From Vicugna vicugna (Eukaryota), in assembly GCA_013265495.1 (NCBI GenBank), contig MU057887.1, positions 2,327,576 to 2,391,575 on the forward strand: a stretch of DNA of 64,000 bases. The letters are read 5' to 3'. The notes under the pieces were generated by a model that saw nothing but the letters and a program-made list of their open reading frames with translations, was not told the origin of the DNA and did no database searches. The translations under genes and the position numbers were made by a program. Positions 49,501 through 61,560 of this stretch are shown here, one piece after another. The first letter of the stretch is position 1; each line of letters begins with the position of its first letter.

Positions 49501-49900
49501 CAGCTGCGGTTAGCGGCGGAGCTCTTCCAGCCTGTGTCAAGTTTCCTGGACCCCTGCCAGGGTGCCAGACGCCGCTGCAGAGCAGCCTCCCGGGCTGGGG
49601 CCTCCTCCCTCGTCGCTGGCTGGGAATGACTAGTGTCCACAAACCTGCGGTCCCCCCAGTGTTTCCTTTCCCTCCTGCTCGGTCGGTCACGTGGTGCGTG
49701 GAGTCTGTCCTGGAGGCCACCGTCCCCCAGCAGCCTCTGCAGGTCCGGGCTCCAGGCGAGCCTCCACCAGCATCACTGGGACTGAGCTCTTGAACTGGGA
49801 GCTTCACTGGTGGCACCGAGGGCTCTCCCAGACACTGTGGTGAGACTTTGCCCAGACTGCAGCCTGGCTCCCACCCGTGCCAGGCTGTATCCTCAGGGCC

Positions 49901-50381
49901 TGTTACCAAGTCCAAGCTGGTACTGCCGGCTTGCTGCACAGCAGGTCGTTAAATTCAGGGGTGGATTGTCGGGGCAAGGAACAGCGACTTTTTTTCGGAA
50001 AGAAGATGGTGGACTAGTGTCCCAAAGATCCATCTTGCTTGATGGTTAGACTTCAGGCTTCTTTTACACTGAAAGAGGAGGGGGTGAAGTCAAACATTTC
50101 CTGCTCTGTCAGACTCCAGAGGGGAGGTGTGAATTTCTGCCTTCCGGCCCTCATTGCCAGGTGGGCCTGGTCGGATGTTTCCTGTGAGCTAAACGAGGGC
50201 GTTTTAGCTTAATGCTCATTACCTGGGAGGCAGGGCTCCCAGAGACAGGCCATTATGTATAACTTAAAGCTTTTGGGTAACATCCCTTTAGTGATTAACT
50301 TGTAGGAAAAGCAATAGATACAAAGGATAAAGCAAATGAAGCAGACCCTGCATGGAGGCAGCTTTGTTCCTCCCTGTTGCG
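49901..50381 (-). mobile_element. ERV1-class solo LTR of a cetartiodactyl/laurasiatherian family
   Basis: Minus strand reads (C)GCAACAGGGAGGAACAAAGCTGCCTCCATG...CCTTTGTATCTATTGCTTTTCCTACAAGTTAATCACTAAAGGGATGTT...TTGGTAACA, matching a TGTAACAGGG...TAACA LTR I recall from ungulates. Confidence 0.75.
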
Positions 50382-51400
50382 AGGTGAGCCCCGCCCCCGC
50401 GCCGAGTCTCCGCTGGAGCCCACACGCCGCCGCCAAGGCCCAGGCCGTGCGCGGTCCCCGCCCCCGCGGCGGCCCTCCCGCCCCCGCGCTCCTCCGCCGC
50501 CGCCCTCTGCAACGTCCCGCTCTCCACGCAGCCCCCACTCCCCCGTTTCCCCTTTGCACACTCCCGTGGCCCGTTTCAGCCCCGCTGTGCCGTCCCTGAA
50601 AGCCCAGCCGCTGCTGTCTCGGCTGGAGTCCAGCGCAGTGGACACTGGGGGCTCTCCTGCTGCGGCGGCTTCAGTCAACGCCGCCTCGCCGCCTTCCGCA
50701 CGTGTCCGGTGCCGCTTCTCTTTGACAGCTGCAGAGTCGCTCCCCGCACCGACCCTGCGGGGCTCCGGCCGCCACTCCCCAGGGCGGCCCGCCCCGGGCC
50801 GGCCTCGCCCCATCCGGCCGCAGCGCCGCCAGCGCGAAGCGATGCTGCCGCTCTGTGACTCAGCCCCGTGCCCCGCGCTTCCGCGTGGGGGGGGGGCGGC
50901 GTGTGCTGTGGCTCCGGGAGGAGCATGGACGGGTTTCGGCCCGAGGGACAGTGAGGACCTCACACGTTCAGCGTCCTTCTGCCCCGGCTCCGGTGCCCTT
51001 AGCGTGAGGGGCAGCCTGAGGAGCACCGAGGGGGCCTGCTCTCGGGGTGCACGTTTCCCGACGTGAGCCGAGCCCGCCTTGCGCCGCTGGTTGGCCGGCT
51101 GGTCGGCCAGCCCGACGGCTCGACGGGGGCGGCGCCGGCTTCGGAGCCACGCGCGGGAGGGATGCCCCGCCCCACGCGGGCGCTGCCTGCCCCGCCCCCA
51201 CGGGGCGCCGCCCACTGCAGCTCCCACCGCCTACCTGCCAGCCAACCAGGCCCCTCCCGGGGCAGCGCGGCCCCGCCCTGGGGGCGGGGCGTCGGCGCAT
51301 TACATAAGCCGCCTGCTCCCGCTCCCGCTCCTGCGCGGCATCCGGGGCACCTGCCTCCGCTCTCCAGGGCTTCCTGACGTGGTGTTGGAGGCAGGTGTCA
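50370..51400. promoter_or_regulatory. CpG island / candidate (possibly bidirectional) promoter
   Basis: About 1 kb of very high GC and CpG density; GC boxes (e.g. ggggcgggg at 51281-51289), E-box CACGTG 50699-50704, AP-1 TGACTCA 50856-50862, TTACATAA 51300-51307, TGACGTGG 51375-51382. Confidence 0.75.
50522..50727 (+). mobile_element. GC-rewritten 3' part of an ERV-type LTR embedded in the CpG island
   Basis: Ends 'ttctctttgaca'; homologous in inverted orientation to 52357-52573, which retains the LTR AATAAA. Confidence 0.6.
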
Positions 51401-52106
51401 GACAGTTCTGATCTTTCCATTGTTTCCCTAATTTCATTGCAGAAAATGACTGATGGGGAGAAAGACACAATGCAGAGACTAATTTACAGCTAATTCTTCA
51501 GAATAGTCATGATTGGCTAAGCTAGCAGTGGTGGATGTGTTTTATTTAATTTACAAATTTGCAGTTAAGCTAAGAGTAGCAGTTGGTGGGCTCCTTCTCC
51601 AGAGCTCTGATTTGATCAACGACGTGTCAGGACACAGGGCGGTGACGTTAGAAAAGCCAGCCGGCAGGGAAGGCGCTGCGCCTGGTCAGCTGGTGGGAGG
51701 AGCTGGGAGCGCTGGCGCCGCCTCTAGGTCCCCTGCTGTGCTGCGTGGGGGGGGCCCCCCCAGAACGCTCGGGCGCTGGTGCGGTTCTGGTGACGGGAGG
51801 CGCAGGGCGCTGGGCAGAAAGAGGGAAGCGTTATGCAGTGTTCTCTTACGCACGGGCGGTCACTGGGCTTGCCTGTTTAGGGGACCCTCACTGCAGGTCC
51901 CACCCCTGTCCTCATGGTGCAGGTGCCAACAGACCGGGTAGATATTGAGATAAACAAACAAACAAGTGTTATTTTATTGCTCTTTAATTATTTAAAGCAG
52001 ACAAATAGGGTGCTGATAGAGTAACAGTTGGGAGTTAAGGAGAGAGAGCCATTGTTCAGAGAAGACCTTTGGGATGAGGCCTTGGGGCTGCTGACCAGAA
52101 GGGTCC

Positions 52107-52787
52107 GCCATGGCTGGTTTTGTGTCACCTTCGCTGGGCTGTGGTACCCGGTTATTCAATCTAATCCTGATCTGTTGTCACCGTGAAGGCCCTTTGCAGA
52201 CGCAGTTAACCCCTACCACCTCAGTTCGTTTTAAGTAAAGCAGATGGCCTCTTCATGTGGGTGGGCCATCTGCCCAGCTGAGGGTTCTCAGCGCACAAGG
52301 GCTGCGGGAGCCCTGGGAGGTCTGCGCGGGGTTGGCGCAGGGAGGGACTTCTGAGCTGTCAAAGAGAAAGAAAAGCAGCGCTGGACACGTGTGAAGGGTG
52401 GCGAGACAGATTTTATTGAAACCACTGCAGCAGGAGAGAGACTCCAGTTTCGACGGCACTGGACTCCAGCTAAGAGGTGACTGGAGTTTTTAAAGGGAGA
52501 ACAGAGAGAGAATGAAATGGGGCTACGGGAAAGTGAGAAGGGGGAACAGAAAAGAATGGGGGTGCTGTGTGCAGTGTCAGTGTCGCCTGAGAGCTCCAGC
52601 CTGCCGGTCTCACCCAGTCCCCACAGTCCTGTGAGCCAATCCCCTGCAATAAATCTATTTCATTTCTTTTTATTTCTGCTTCTATCATATCTACTTTATT
52701 TATTTTACTTTTACTTTATTATATAATAAACACGCAAAATGTCCTACTTGCTCTGTGTCTCTGTTGAACAGTGCTGGATGCTAACAC
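52107..52787 (+). mobile_element. ERVL solo LTR (MLT2-type), interrupted at ~52308-52570
   Basis: 5' 'ggttttgtgtcaccttcgctgggctgtggtacccggttattcaatc...aagtaaagcagat...gtgggtgggcc'; 3' 'cctgagagctccagcctgc...gtgagccaatcccctgcaataaatct...tcctacttgctctgtgtctctg...ctaaca'. Confidence 0.8.
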
Positions 52788-55187
52788 TAGGTCCCGAAAT
52801 GTGTGTCCTCTGTCTCACATTACACAGGCACCATTTTTGTGGAACTCATTTTCACGTAGCTTCAGCTACGCACATATGCTGAAAACATCCAGATTTCTGC
52901 CTGCGCCCTGCCCCTCTCTCCTGACACCACAGTCACAAAATCCAACAGCCAGCTGGACGTGACGGCCCAGATGGCCCCAGGTGTCTCAGCCTCATCAGGT
53001 CCGCCAAGAAACCCGCTAACCTGCTTCCGCTCTAAATTTCTTCCACTTTCTTTGTTTTTTAAATACTTGACTAGTCCTTAATTATAATGTAACACAGACA
53101 AACAGGAAAGTGCATAAGTCGTAAGTGTACTCTCTGTAGGGTTTAATGAATTTTCGCCAAGCAAACACACTCATGAAATCACCACCCAGGTCGAGACTTA
53201 CACGTCACCACGGCCCCGACACCCCTGTTCCCCTCCCTAGCCCAGACCACCTTCCTCCTGGCAAAGTTAACCTCATTCTGACTGCTCACACCTGGGTTGG
53301 TTCCACCTGTTCTGAATCTTACAGAAGCAGAATCACAGAGTCTGTACTGTTCTGTGCCTGTTCCTTTCACTCCGTATCCTGTGTGTGGGACTCTTCCACG
53401 AAGTTTTGTTGATTAACGATTTATTCATCTCTATTAGTGTCGAGTCTCCACTGCGTAATTATACCACAACTTGTTTAAGCATTTTACCATTGATGGACAC
53501 TGGGCTGTTTCCACAGAGGGGCGATCTTGTATGGTGCTGCATGATTATCTACACAACGTTGGTGACCGCGTGCACGCAGCTCGCAGAATGAAATTGCTGG
53601 AACCCACCTTTTGTGTATGTTTATCTTGAGCAGATCCTGTTCAGCAGTTTCCCAAACTAGCTGCAAAATGCAAAGCTCTTGCCCCCAGAGTGTGAGCATT
53701 CCAGTTGCTCCTCACCCCTGGCGACACTTGCTGTTGTCGGATGGTTTCCATTTTATCCTTCCAGGACGTATGGAACAGTATTTCATTGTGATTCTTATTT
53801 TCTTTTCTTGTTTAATATGAGGGTGAACACTGTTCCCCAGACTGGGGGACTTTAGGGTGTCTTCTTTTGCAAACTGACTGTCCAGACCGCTTGCCAACAC
53901 TTTACTGAGACTTTGGTTTGTTTTCCCTGCTGATTTTGAAGTCCTTTGTTACAAGTAGCATGAATATCTTCTCTCGTTCAGCAGTTTTTCAATTTCCTCT
54001 TTTTGGTGTCTTTTAGTGAAAACAATTTCCTAATTTTAGTGTAGAACTTTATCACTGTTTTCTTACTCAGTAAGGGCATTTTGTGTCCTGCTTGAGAAAT
54101 CGTTGCCAACTAAGATCACTCAGGAATTCTCCTGTGTTATCCTTTCACATCAAGATTTATAGCATCTCTGGAAATGAATTTTGTGTGTGACGGGAACAGG
54201 ACAAGATTTATTTTCTCCATATGCATCTCCAATTGACTCAGCATCATTTACTAAAAAGACATTTCCCACTGCCCTGAAGCACCGTTATTGTAAATCATCT
54301 GTCTACAAAGTGTACACAGCCTCTAGGCTCTTCCACTGGTCTCCTTGCCTGTCCTTCATTGCAACACTGTCTTAATCACTGCAGCTTTACAATAAATCTT
54401 GATTCCTGCTAGTGTGATTCCTCCAATTCATTCTTTTTTAAGATTGTCATAGCTGTTCTTGGTCCTTTGTGCTTTCATATGAATTTCTAGAATCAGTTCA
54501 GAATGATTTTTAGAATAACTATTTAAAAAAACACTGGCTAAGATTTTTGTCTGGGATTACATAAAATCTACCGATCAACTTGCAAACAATTGATATTTAA
54601 CTATTATATATTCCAATCCATTATTTTGTTTAATTTCTCCAAAGAATATTTTGTAGTTTTCTGTATAGAGATCTTTGCATATATTTAGTTATTCCTAGGA
54701 CTTCAGATTTTTCAAGTCATGATTAATGATGTCCTTTTAAACTCAATTTTGTCTTTTATTTGTTTTTGGTATATAGAGGTACAACTGAGCTGTATATATT
54801 GACCTTGTCAGAGAAACCTTGTTACATTTACCTATTAATTATCCTAGTTTATCTATAAATAGCTTACATTCTCTATGAAATCTTATCATCTGATAATTAC
54901 AACACTTATTGTTTTTACCCAGCAGCACAACTGTAATACTTTTTCCTGCCTTATTCCACTGGCTAGAACTTCCAGGGCATTTCTAAGGAAGTGAGAGCTT
55001 GTCTGTTCCCAACACTTATCAGGCAAGCTGCCAGTGAAGCCTCGTCGCTAGCTGCGATGCTCACTGTGGGCATTTCTTCCTTAGATAATTCTTACCAGAT
55101 TAAGAAAGCTCCCTTCTGTACCAAGGTTGCTAAGGGAGTTTTTGTTTGCTTGCTTTTTACCATGAATCAGTGCCGAATTTCATCAGA

Positions 55188-55190
<3 letters not shown>

Positions 55191-55226
<36 letters not shown>
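55191..55226. repeat. (GT)18 microsatellite
   Basis: Directly visible. Confidence 0.97.
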
Positions 55227-55228
<2 letters not shown>

Positions 55229-55447
55229 ATTGAGATGATCATAGAATTTCTCTTCTTTATTTGGTGATAACGGTGAGTTGAAATGGCTGACTTCCCAGGG
55301 TTCCCTCCGCACGCCTGCACGCCGGGCACTCCTGCAGTACACCCAGCTCGATGGCAGTGTGCTGTCTGTTTCATGCCTCACGGATCTGATTTTCTAATAC
55401 CGACCCTGGGGATTTTTGCCTCTATATGTAACAGAGACATTCATCTT

Positions 55448-55918
55448 TGCATTAGTTTCCTTATTGCCACTGTAACAAATTTCCACAAACTTACTGGATT
55501 AAAAGACACAGATTTATTGTCTTTCAGTTCTAGAGATCAGAAGTTTAAAATCAAGATGTCAGCAGAGCTGGTTCTTTCTTGATGCTTCAGAAGAGAACCA
55601 ATTTCCTTTTTTTTTTTTTTTTAGCTTCTAGATGCCACCTGGGTTCTTTGGCTCCCAGCCTCTCCCTCCCATCATCCCAGTTTCTTGGTTCAGTCATCAC
55701 ATCTCCTCCCAAGTCTGACGTTCCTTTCTTCCCTACAAAGGGCACCTGTGACTGCATTGGGGTCACCAGGACAGTCCAGGACAATCTCCACATTGCAGGT
55801 GCTTAATTTAATCATGTCTGCAAAGTCCCTTTTACAGATATGGTAGCATTTTCAGAGGTCCAGGGATTAAGTCGTGGATATTTTTGGGGTGAAGTGGGAC
55901 ATGAGCCAACCCGCCACA
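55448..55918 (-). mobile_element. MaLR LTR, MLT1C/MLT1D-like, nested in L1
   Basis: 'tgcattagtttccttattgccactgtaacaaatttccacaaactta...agttctagagatcagaagtttaaaatcaag...tttaatcatgtctgcaaagtccctttt...cagggatta...ccgccaca'. Confidence 0.85.
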
Positions 55919-58744
55919 GTCCCTAAACAATATTTATTTGTAAAGTACGCATACGGTTTTTGTTATCAAGATGGTACTGACCTTACCCAGACAGTTGGGA
56001 AATGTTTCTGTCTATCTGTTCTCTGGAACACTACCTGGTATGTAAGAGTTTTGTATATTTTCTTATTGTGTAAATGTTCAGACGAATGTGAAGGCACACA
56101 GGCTCAGCGGACATTTGGGGGTTAATGGAGAAATTTCAATTATATATTTAATTATCACTCTAGTATTTAATAAAGAGGGAGGTTTTGATCAATCGTGGTT
56201 TTAATATTTAAAACTTCGCCTGTCCTCCCTCCCCGCCCCTCGGACCCTGCTCAGTGTTGCCAGTTGTTTATCTAATGGATTATTCTTCCTAATGAAACCA
56301 GCATTTGCTGCTGTTAATTTATCTCGTTATAATAATTTGCCTTTTTCTTTAATTTTTCATTTTATCTTCATTTTGTATGTAACTGTCATTTTAAATTTAA
56401 CTTCCTGTTCTTTCCCCCAGCTACTTGAGAAGGATATTTAGATGAATTTTGAGCCTCTAATCTTTTTGATTATTAAGTCCATGTGCTTCCCTCTAAGCAC
56501 AGCTACATTCCTCGCATTTCTCACTGCAGTTTTATAATCACATAGGACAAAACATTTTCTAATTTCCTTTGTGAATTGTTTTCTGTGATCCATAATTTAT
56601 TTAGGGATGTGTTACTTGTCTTTCAGATATTTGGAAATTATCTACTTCCTTTTTTTAAATTATTGATTTCTAGCCCAGCTCTACTGCGGTCAGAGAATAT
56701 ACCATGGATAATTTCAGTCATTTCTTGAGACTTGCTTTATGGTTCAACATAAGGGTAATTTTGGTAAATGATCCATGTGCACATTAAAAAAATGAATAAT
56801 TTACATTTGATGGATACAGTGTTCAACATTTTAAATTATGTTAAATTTGTTAATCATGTTGTCAAAATTTGCTCTACGATAAATGATCATATTGTTTGCT
56901 TTTGCTTTTCGTTCCACAATGAGGTGTGTTGAGATCCCGTTAATGAAAGTTCCCTTGCTCAGTTTATGCTCTTTGTTTATCAGCTTTGGTTATGCAACTT
57001 GCAGGCCAGGTTCCCAGGTGACAGTATTTGTAGGATTGTTTTATTTCCCCAGAGGGGTGACCCTTTAACGGCTATGAAATGTTTCTTTTCACCTGGAAAT
57101 CCTTCCTGCCGCAGTGCCTGCCTCGGCTGGTGTCTGACAGTGCCGCCCCCGTGCCGTCACCACGACGCCCTCTGGTACTCGTTATCTCTACGTTTAGCTT
57201 GGTGTATCTTTTCACATCTTTTAGTATCAGCCTTCCTGCAACTTTAAGTTTAAGATGTGACTTTTGTAAGCAGTATATAGTGTATTTTTTTCTCTTGCTA
57301 TGAAAATTTTGTATATTAACAGTGTGCGGTCTGTTTATATGTAATATAAACATGGACATTTTGGGGTTGGAATTTTCTGCCTTAATATTTCTGCATATCG
57401 CACCCGATCTGTTTCTATTCCCTTTGTTTTTTTTTGACTTTTTGTGGTTGATTCTTTGGGTGGGGGGGTGATTTTTATCATTCCTTCCCCCATTCTCCTA
57501 ACTCGTTATCCATGCCTCCTTTGACTACGTATTTCACTTGCATGGAGTATTCCTCCCATCCTTGAATTGTCAATTTCTAGAATATTTTATCACTTCTTGA
57601 ACATAAAAACTGTGCAATACTTTAATCCCCTCCCTTACTTTTCCATGATTATTGCCTTATATGTTAATCACATATATTTTAACTCCCATAATTATTACAA
57701 TACATAATCATAATCCCAATTTCACTATACATGTAATTACACACACTTACATATAAACGTACGTAACTATATGACTACAGTTACACCTATATATACAGTG
57801 TACGTATATATTTCCTTCCTCATTGAGATGCTTCTGCTGGGAGTGACTTCCCTTTACCTGAACAACTTCTGTAGTTTGTGTAGTGAGAGTGACACTGGTG
57901 TCTAATTACTTCAGTAATGGTCTGATTATGTCTTCATTTCGCCTTCAGTTTGAAAATTGTTCTTTCTGGACTCCTGGGCCGGCCACCGTCTTCCTTCAGC
58001 CCTCCACCCGTGGCCGTCTGGTTGAGCCCTCTTTCTTATTGCTGGTCTTGTTAAGGGAATGTATTTTATTCTCTCTGATGACTTTCAAGATGTTTCTCTT
58101 TGCCTTTGTTTTTCTGAGTTTGACTCAAATAAGTGTCTGTGTGTATGTTTGGTTCTTTTGGCCAACGTGGGACAAATATTAGACAGTAATGCCCCGTTTC
58201 ATTTTCTTCTTTCTCTGACTCTCCACTTATTTACATGCTGGACATTCTCACCGTGTCTTGAGCGCCTCCTACACCCTTTCAAAACACCTCCCATCCTTTT
58301 CTCTTTGTTGCTTTGGCCTGGATACTTTCTACTAAACTATAATTTCATTCAGTCATCCTCTTTATTTTACTTATAATGTTCATCACTTTGGTTATCCAGT
58401 CATATTTATGATCATATATAAAGTGCCCAGTAACTCAGAAATACTGCTTGCGAACATTCTCAACAAAACAATTTTATTTAAGTTGTCCCCCCTGACATTA
58501 CCGTCTTTGTCACAACTCAAGTAACATTTGAATCATGGAAGATAGTCCTCCAAAGTGTTTTTACTTTATTTCCAGCTAAACTGCTTTGGGATCTTTTTGA
58601 ATTATACATTACACTCTTAGTGAAAATTTAGTCCAAACCTCACATTCCCACTTGCATACTTTTTAGTGAAGTTGATTATTTAATCATTATCTAGATGTGT
58701 GTTTGTGATTGATACAAAATAACTCCATGACTATTGTTTTTTGT

Positions 58745-61560
58745 TATAGTGGTTTTCCTTATTATAACTTAGGTAGAATTTGCATACTGTAAAATTCACT
58801 ATTTTAAAGCACATAGGTCAGTAGTAGATCCTCAAGACTGTGTCATCATGTGATTCCAAAGCATCTTCACCACCCCCAAAGAAACTTCGTACACATTGAC
58901 CCTCAGCCCAGGCTTGACAACCACTGATGCACTTTCTGTCCCTATTTGCCTACTCTGGACATTTTATACAAGAAATTATACAATGTGTGACCTTTGTAAC
59001 TGGATTCTCTCACCTAGCATAATGTTCCCAAGGTCCATCGAGGTTGTAGCATGTGTCAGTACCCCGTTACTTTGTGTGGCTGAACATTCCATATATCCCA
59101 TGCTTATGGATGTGTAGTGTCTGTTCATCTGTTCATCTGTTGATGGACATTTGACTTGTTTTCACCTTTTGGCTCTTGTGAACAGTGCTAGTATGAATGT
59201 CTGTATACAAGTTCTTGTTTGAATACCTGTTTTAAATTTTTTGGGGTGAAAACCTTGGAGTGGAATTACTGGGTCATATTATACCTCTATATTTAACTCT
59301 TTGAGGAACTGGGAAACTGTCTTCCACAGCCGCTGCACATTTGACATCCACCCCAGCAGCGTATGAGCGTTCTGATTTCTTCACATACTTGCCAACACTG
59401 ACTTCCCGATTTCCGGCCGTGGCAGTCCTGGAAGGGTGTGAAGAAGTAGGTCACTGTGGTTTTCATTTGCGTTTTGTTAATATCTAATGATGTCAAGCAT
59501 CTTTCCACACGCTTATTGGCCATTTGCACATCTTCTTTGGACAAATATCTATTCGAGTCCTTGCCCATTTTCAAACTGGGTTACTTGTCTTTTTGCAGTT
59601 GAGTTACAGGGGTTCTCCGTATATTCTGGATGACAAAGCCTTATAAGATGTGTGATTTGCAAATACTTTCTCCCATTCTCTGGCTGGTCTCTTCACTCCC
59701 TTGGCAGTGTCCTTTGATGCACAAAAAGTTTTTTAGTCTCGATGAAGTTCAATTTACCCAATTTTCCTTTGGTTGCTTGTGTTTTTGGTGGCATATCTAG
59801 AAATCTTTGCCTAATCCAAGGCCATGAAGATTTACACCTATGTTTTCTCCTAAGGAATTTGTGATTGTAGCTCTTGCATTTAAGTATTTGGTCCTTTTTG
59901 AGTTAATTTTTGTAAATGGTTGGTGGAAGTGTCTAATTTTTTTTTCTTTTTTGCTGTAGGTATTCAGTTGTCCTGGTGCCATTTGTTGAAAAGACTATTA
60001 TTCTTTCCCTATTTCTTTTCCCAGAAAATCAATGGACTCTCCAGCTCGCTCCGCGGATGCACGTCCGCCCTCGTACCAGCATCACGCTGCCTTTCTTACT
60101 GTAGCTTTGCAGCAGGTTTTGAAATTGGGAAATGCAAATCTTCCGATTTTGTTCTTCTTTTTCAAGATGTTTTTGGCTATTCTGGTTCCCTTGCAATTTC
60201 ATACAAATTTTAGAATCAGCTTGTCTGTTTTTGTCCAAAAAAAGTCAGTTGGAATTTTTACAGGAATTGTGTTGAATGTGCTAATCAATTTGGGGAATGC
60301 TGTCTTCTTCACAGTATTACGTCTTCTGATTCATTAACATGGGACATTTTCCCATTTATTGAGGTCTTTAATTTCTTTCAACAACTTTTTGTAGTTTTCA
60401 GTGTACAAATCTTGCATTTATTTTATTAAATATATGAAATATATTCTTAGGTATTTTGTCCTCTTTGATGTTATTGTAAATAGTATTGTTCCCTTAATAT
60501 TTTTAAAATTTCAATTAAATTAAAAAATGTTTTAAACTGCAGTGATTATATTTTTGGTTGTCCTTTGACAGTGTGTGGGGACCGGCTGATTTTTGTATGC
60601 TGATCTCGTGTCCTGAACTCATACAGTAGCTCCAATAGTTTCTCTTTTGTGGGTGGGGGGTGAATTCTTAGTGTTTTTTCATAAATAAAATTATGTCACC
60701 TGCAGCTAGAGATAGTTTCCCTTCTTTTCCAATATAGAAAACGTTTATCCCTGATTTTAGTAAATTGAGTCTTCATGTTTTTAATTGGTCAGTCTAAGGA
60801 AAGGGTTTCCAAATTTTACAATTTGAAAAAAGCCTTCCATCTCACTGATGTTGTCTCTTGTTTTCCTGCTCTCTGTTTTGCCTGTGTGCTACTTAATCTT
60901 TGCTATTTGTCTTGTCTTGGGCCTAATTTGCTCTTCTGTTTCTCGTTTCTCAAGGTGGGAGCTCCGGACCTTGACCTGAGATCTCTCTTCTATCACTGGC
61001 GTGAGCGTTCAGGGCCGCACAGCTTGTTCTGAGCGCGGCTTGCACTGCATCTCCACATTTTGGTAGCTTGTGTTTCCCTCCGAGTCAAAGATTTTTTCTA
61101 ATTTTCCTTGCTGTCTCTTCTTTGACCCGTTGGTTAATTAGGAGTGTGCTGTTTGTTTTCCACATAGTTATCAGCTGTCCAACTTTCTTCCCTTCATTGA
61201 TTTTTAATTCCATTCCATTGTGGTCAGGGAACTTGCTTTGTATGATCTCAGTCCTTTTAAATTTACTGAGACTCGTGTTATGGCCTAACATATGGTCTAT
61301 CCTGGGGGATGTTTCACGTACAGATTCGACGCCGCTGCGCGTAGATCTGTGTGTTCTGCTGCTGCTGGGGAAGCGGTCCACAGACGCCCCTCGGCCTAGT
61401 GGGTTACGGCGGTGTCCGCGCCTCTGTCTCCTTGCTAAGCTCTTTAGTTGTTCTGTTCATAACTGACCAGGGGTACTGAAGTCTCCAGCTGTGGTTTTTG
61501 AACCATCTGTTTCTCCTTTCAACGATTCCGGCGCTCCCTTCCCTCTCGTTAATGGCACGT
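58745..61560 (-). mobile_element. Old L1MB-like 3' end and ORF2
   Basis: ORFs 59293..59574, 59797..59982, 60029..60238 and 61085..61381 translate as L1 ORF2 remnants (e.g. SRIDHMLGHNTSLSKFKRTEIIQSKFPDHNGMELKIN-like, NRYLSKEDVQMANK). Confidence 0.9.

Larger units (their letters stand above)
53050..57850 (-). mobile_element. Old L1 (L1ME/L1MD-like) 3' end and ORF2 remnants
   Basis: 'aatgaattttcgccaagcaaacacactcatg..atcaccacccagg', 'gtgtgagcattccagttgctcc', 'ctgcagctttacaataaatcttga', 'cttattccactggctagaacttccag'. Confidence 0.8.

Noticed and set aside
50295..51227. 310-aa and 229-aa overlapping ORFs in the CpG island
   Set aside because: Arg/Gly/Pro/Ala-rich translations open on both strands because stop codons are depleted at high GC; they overlap LTR remnants.
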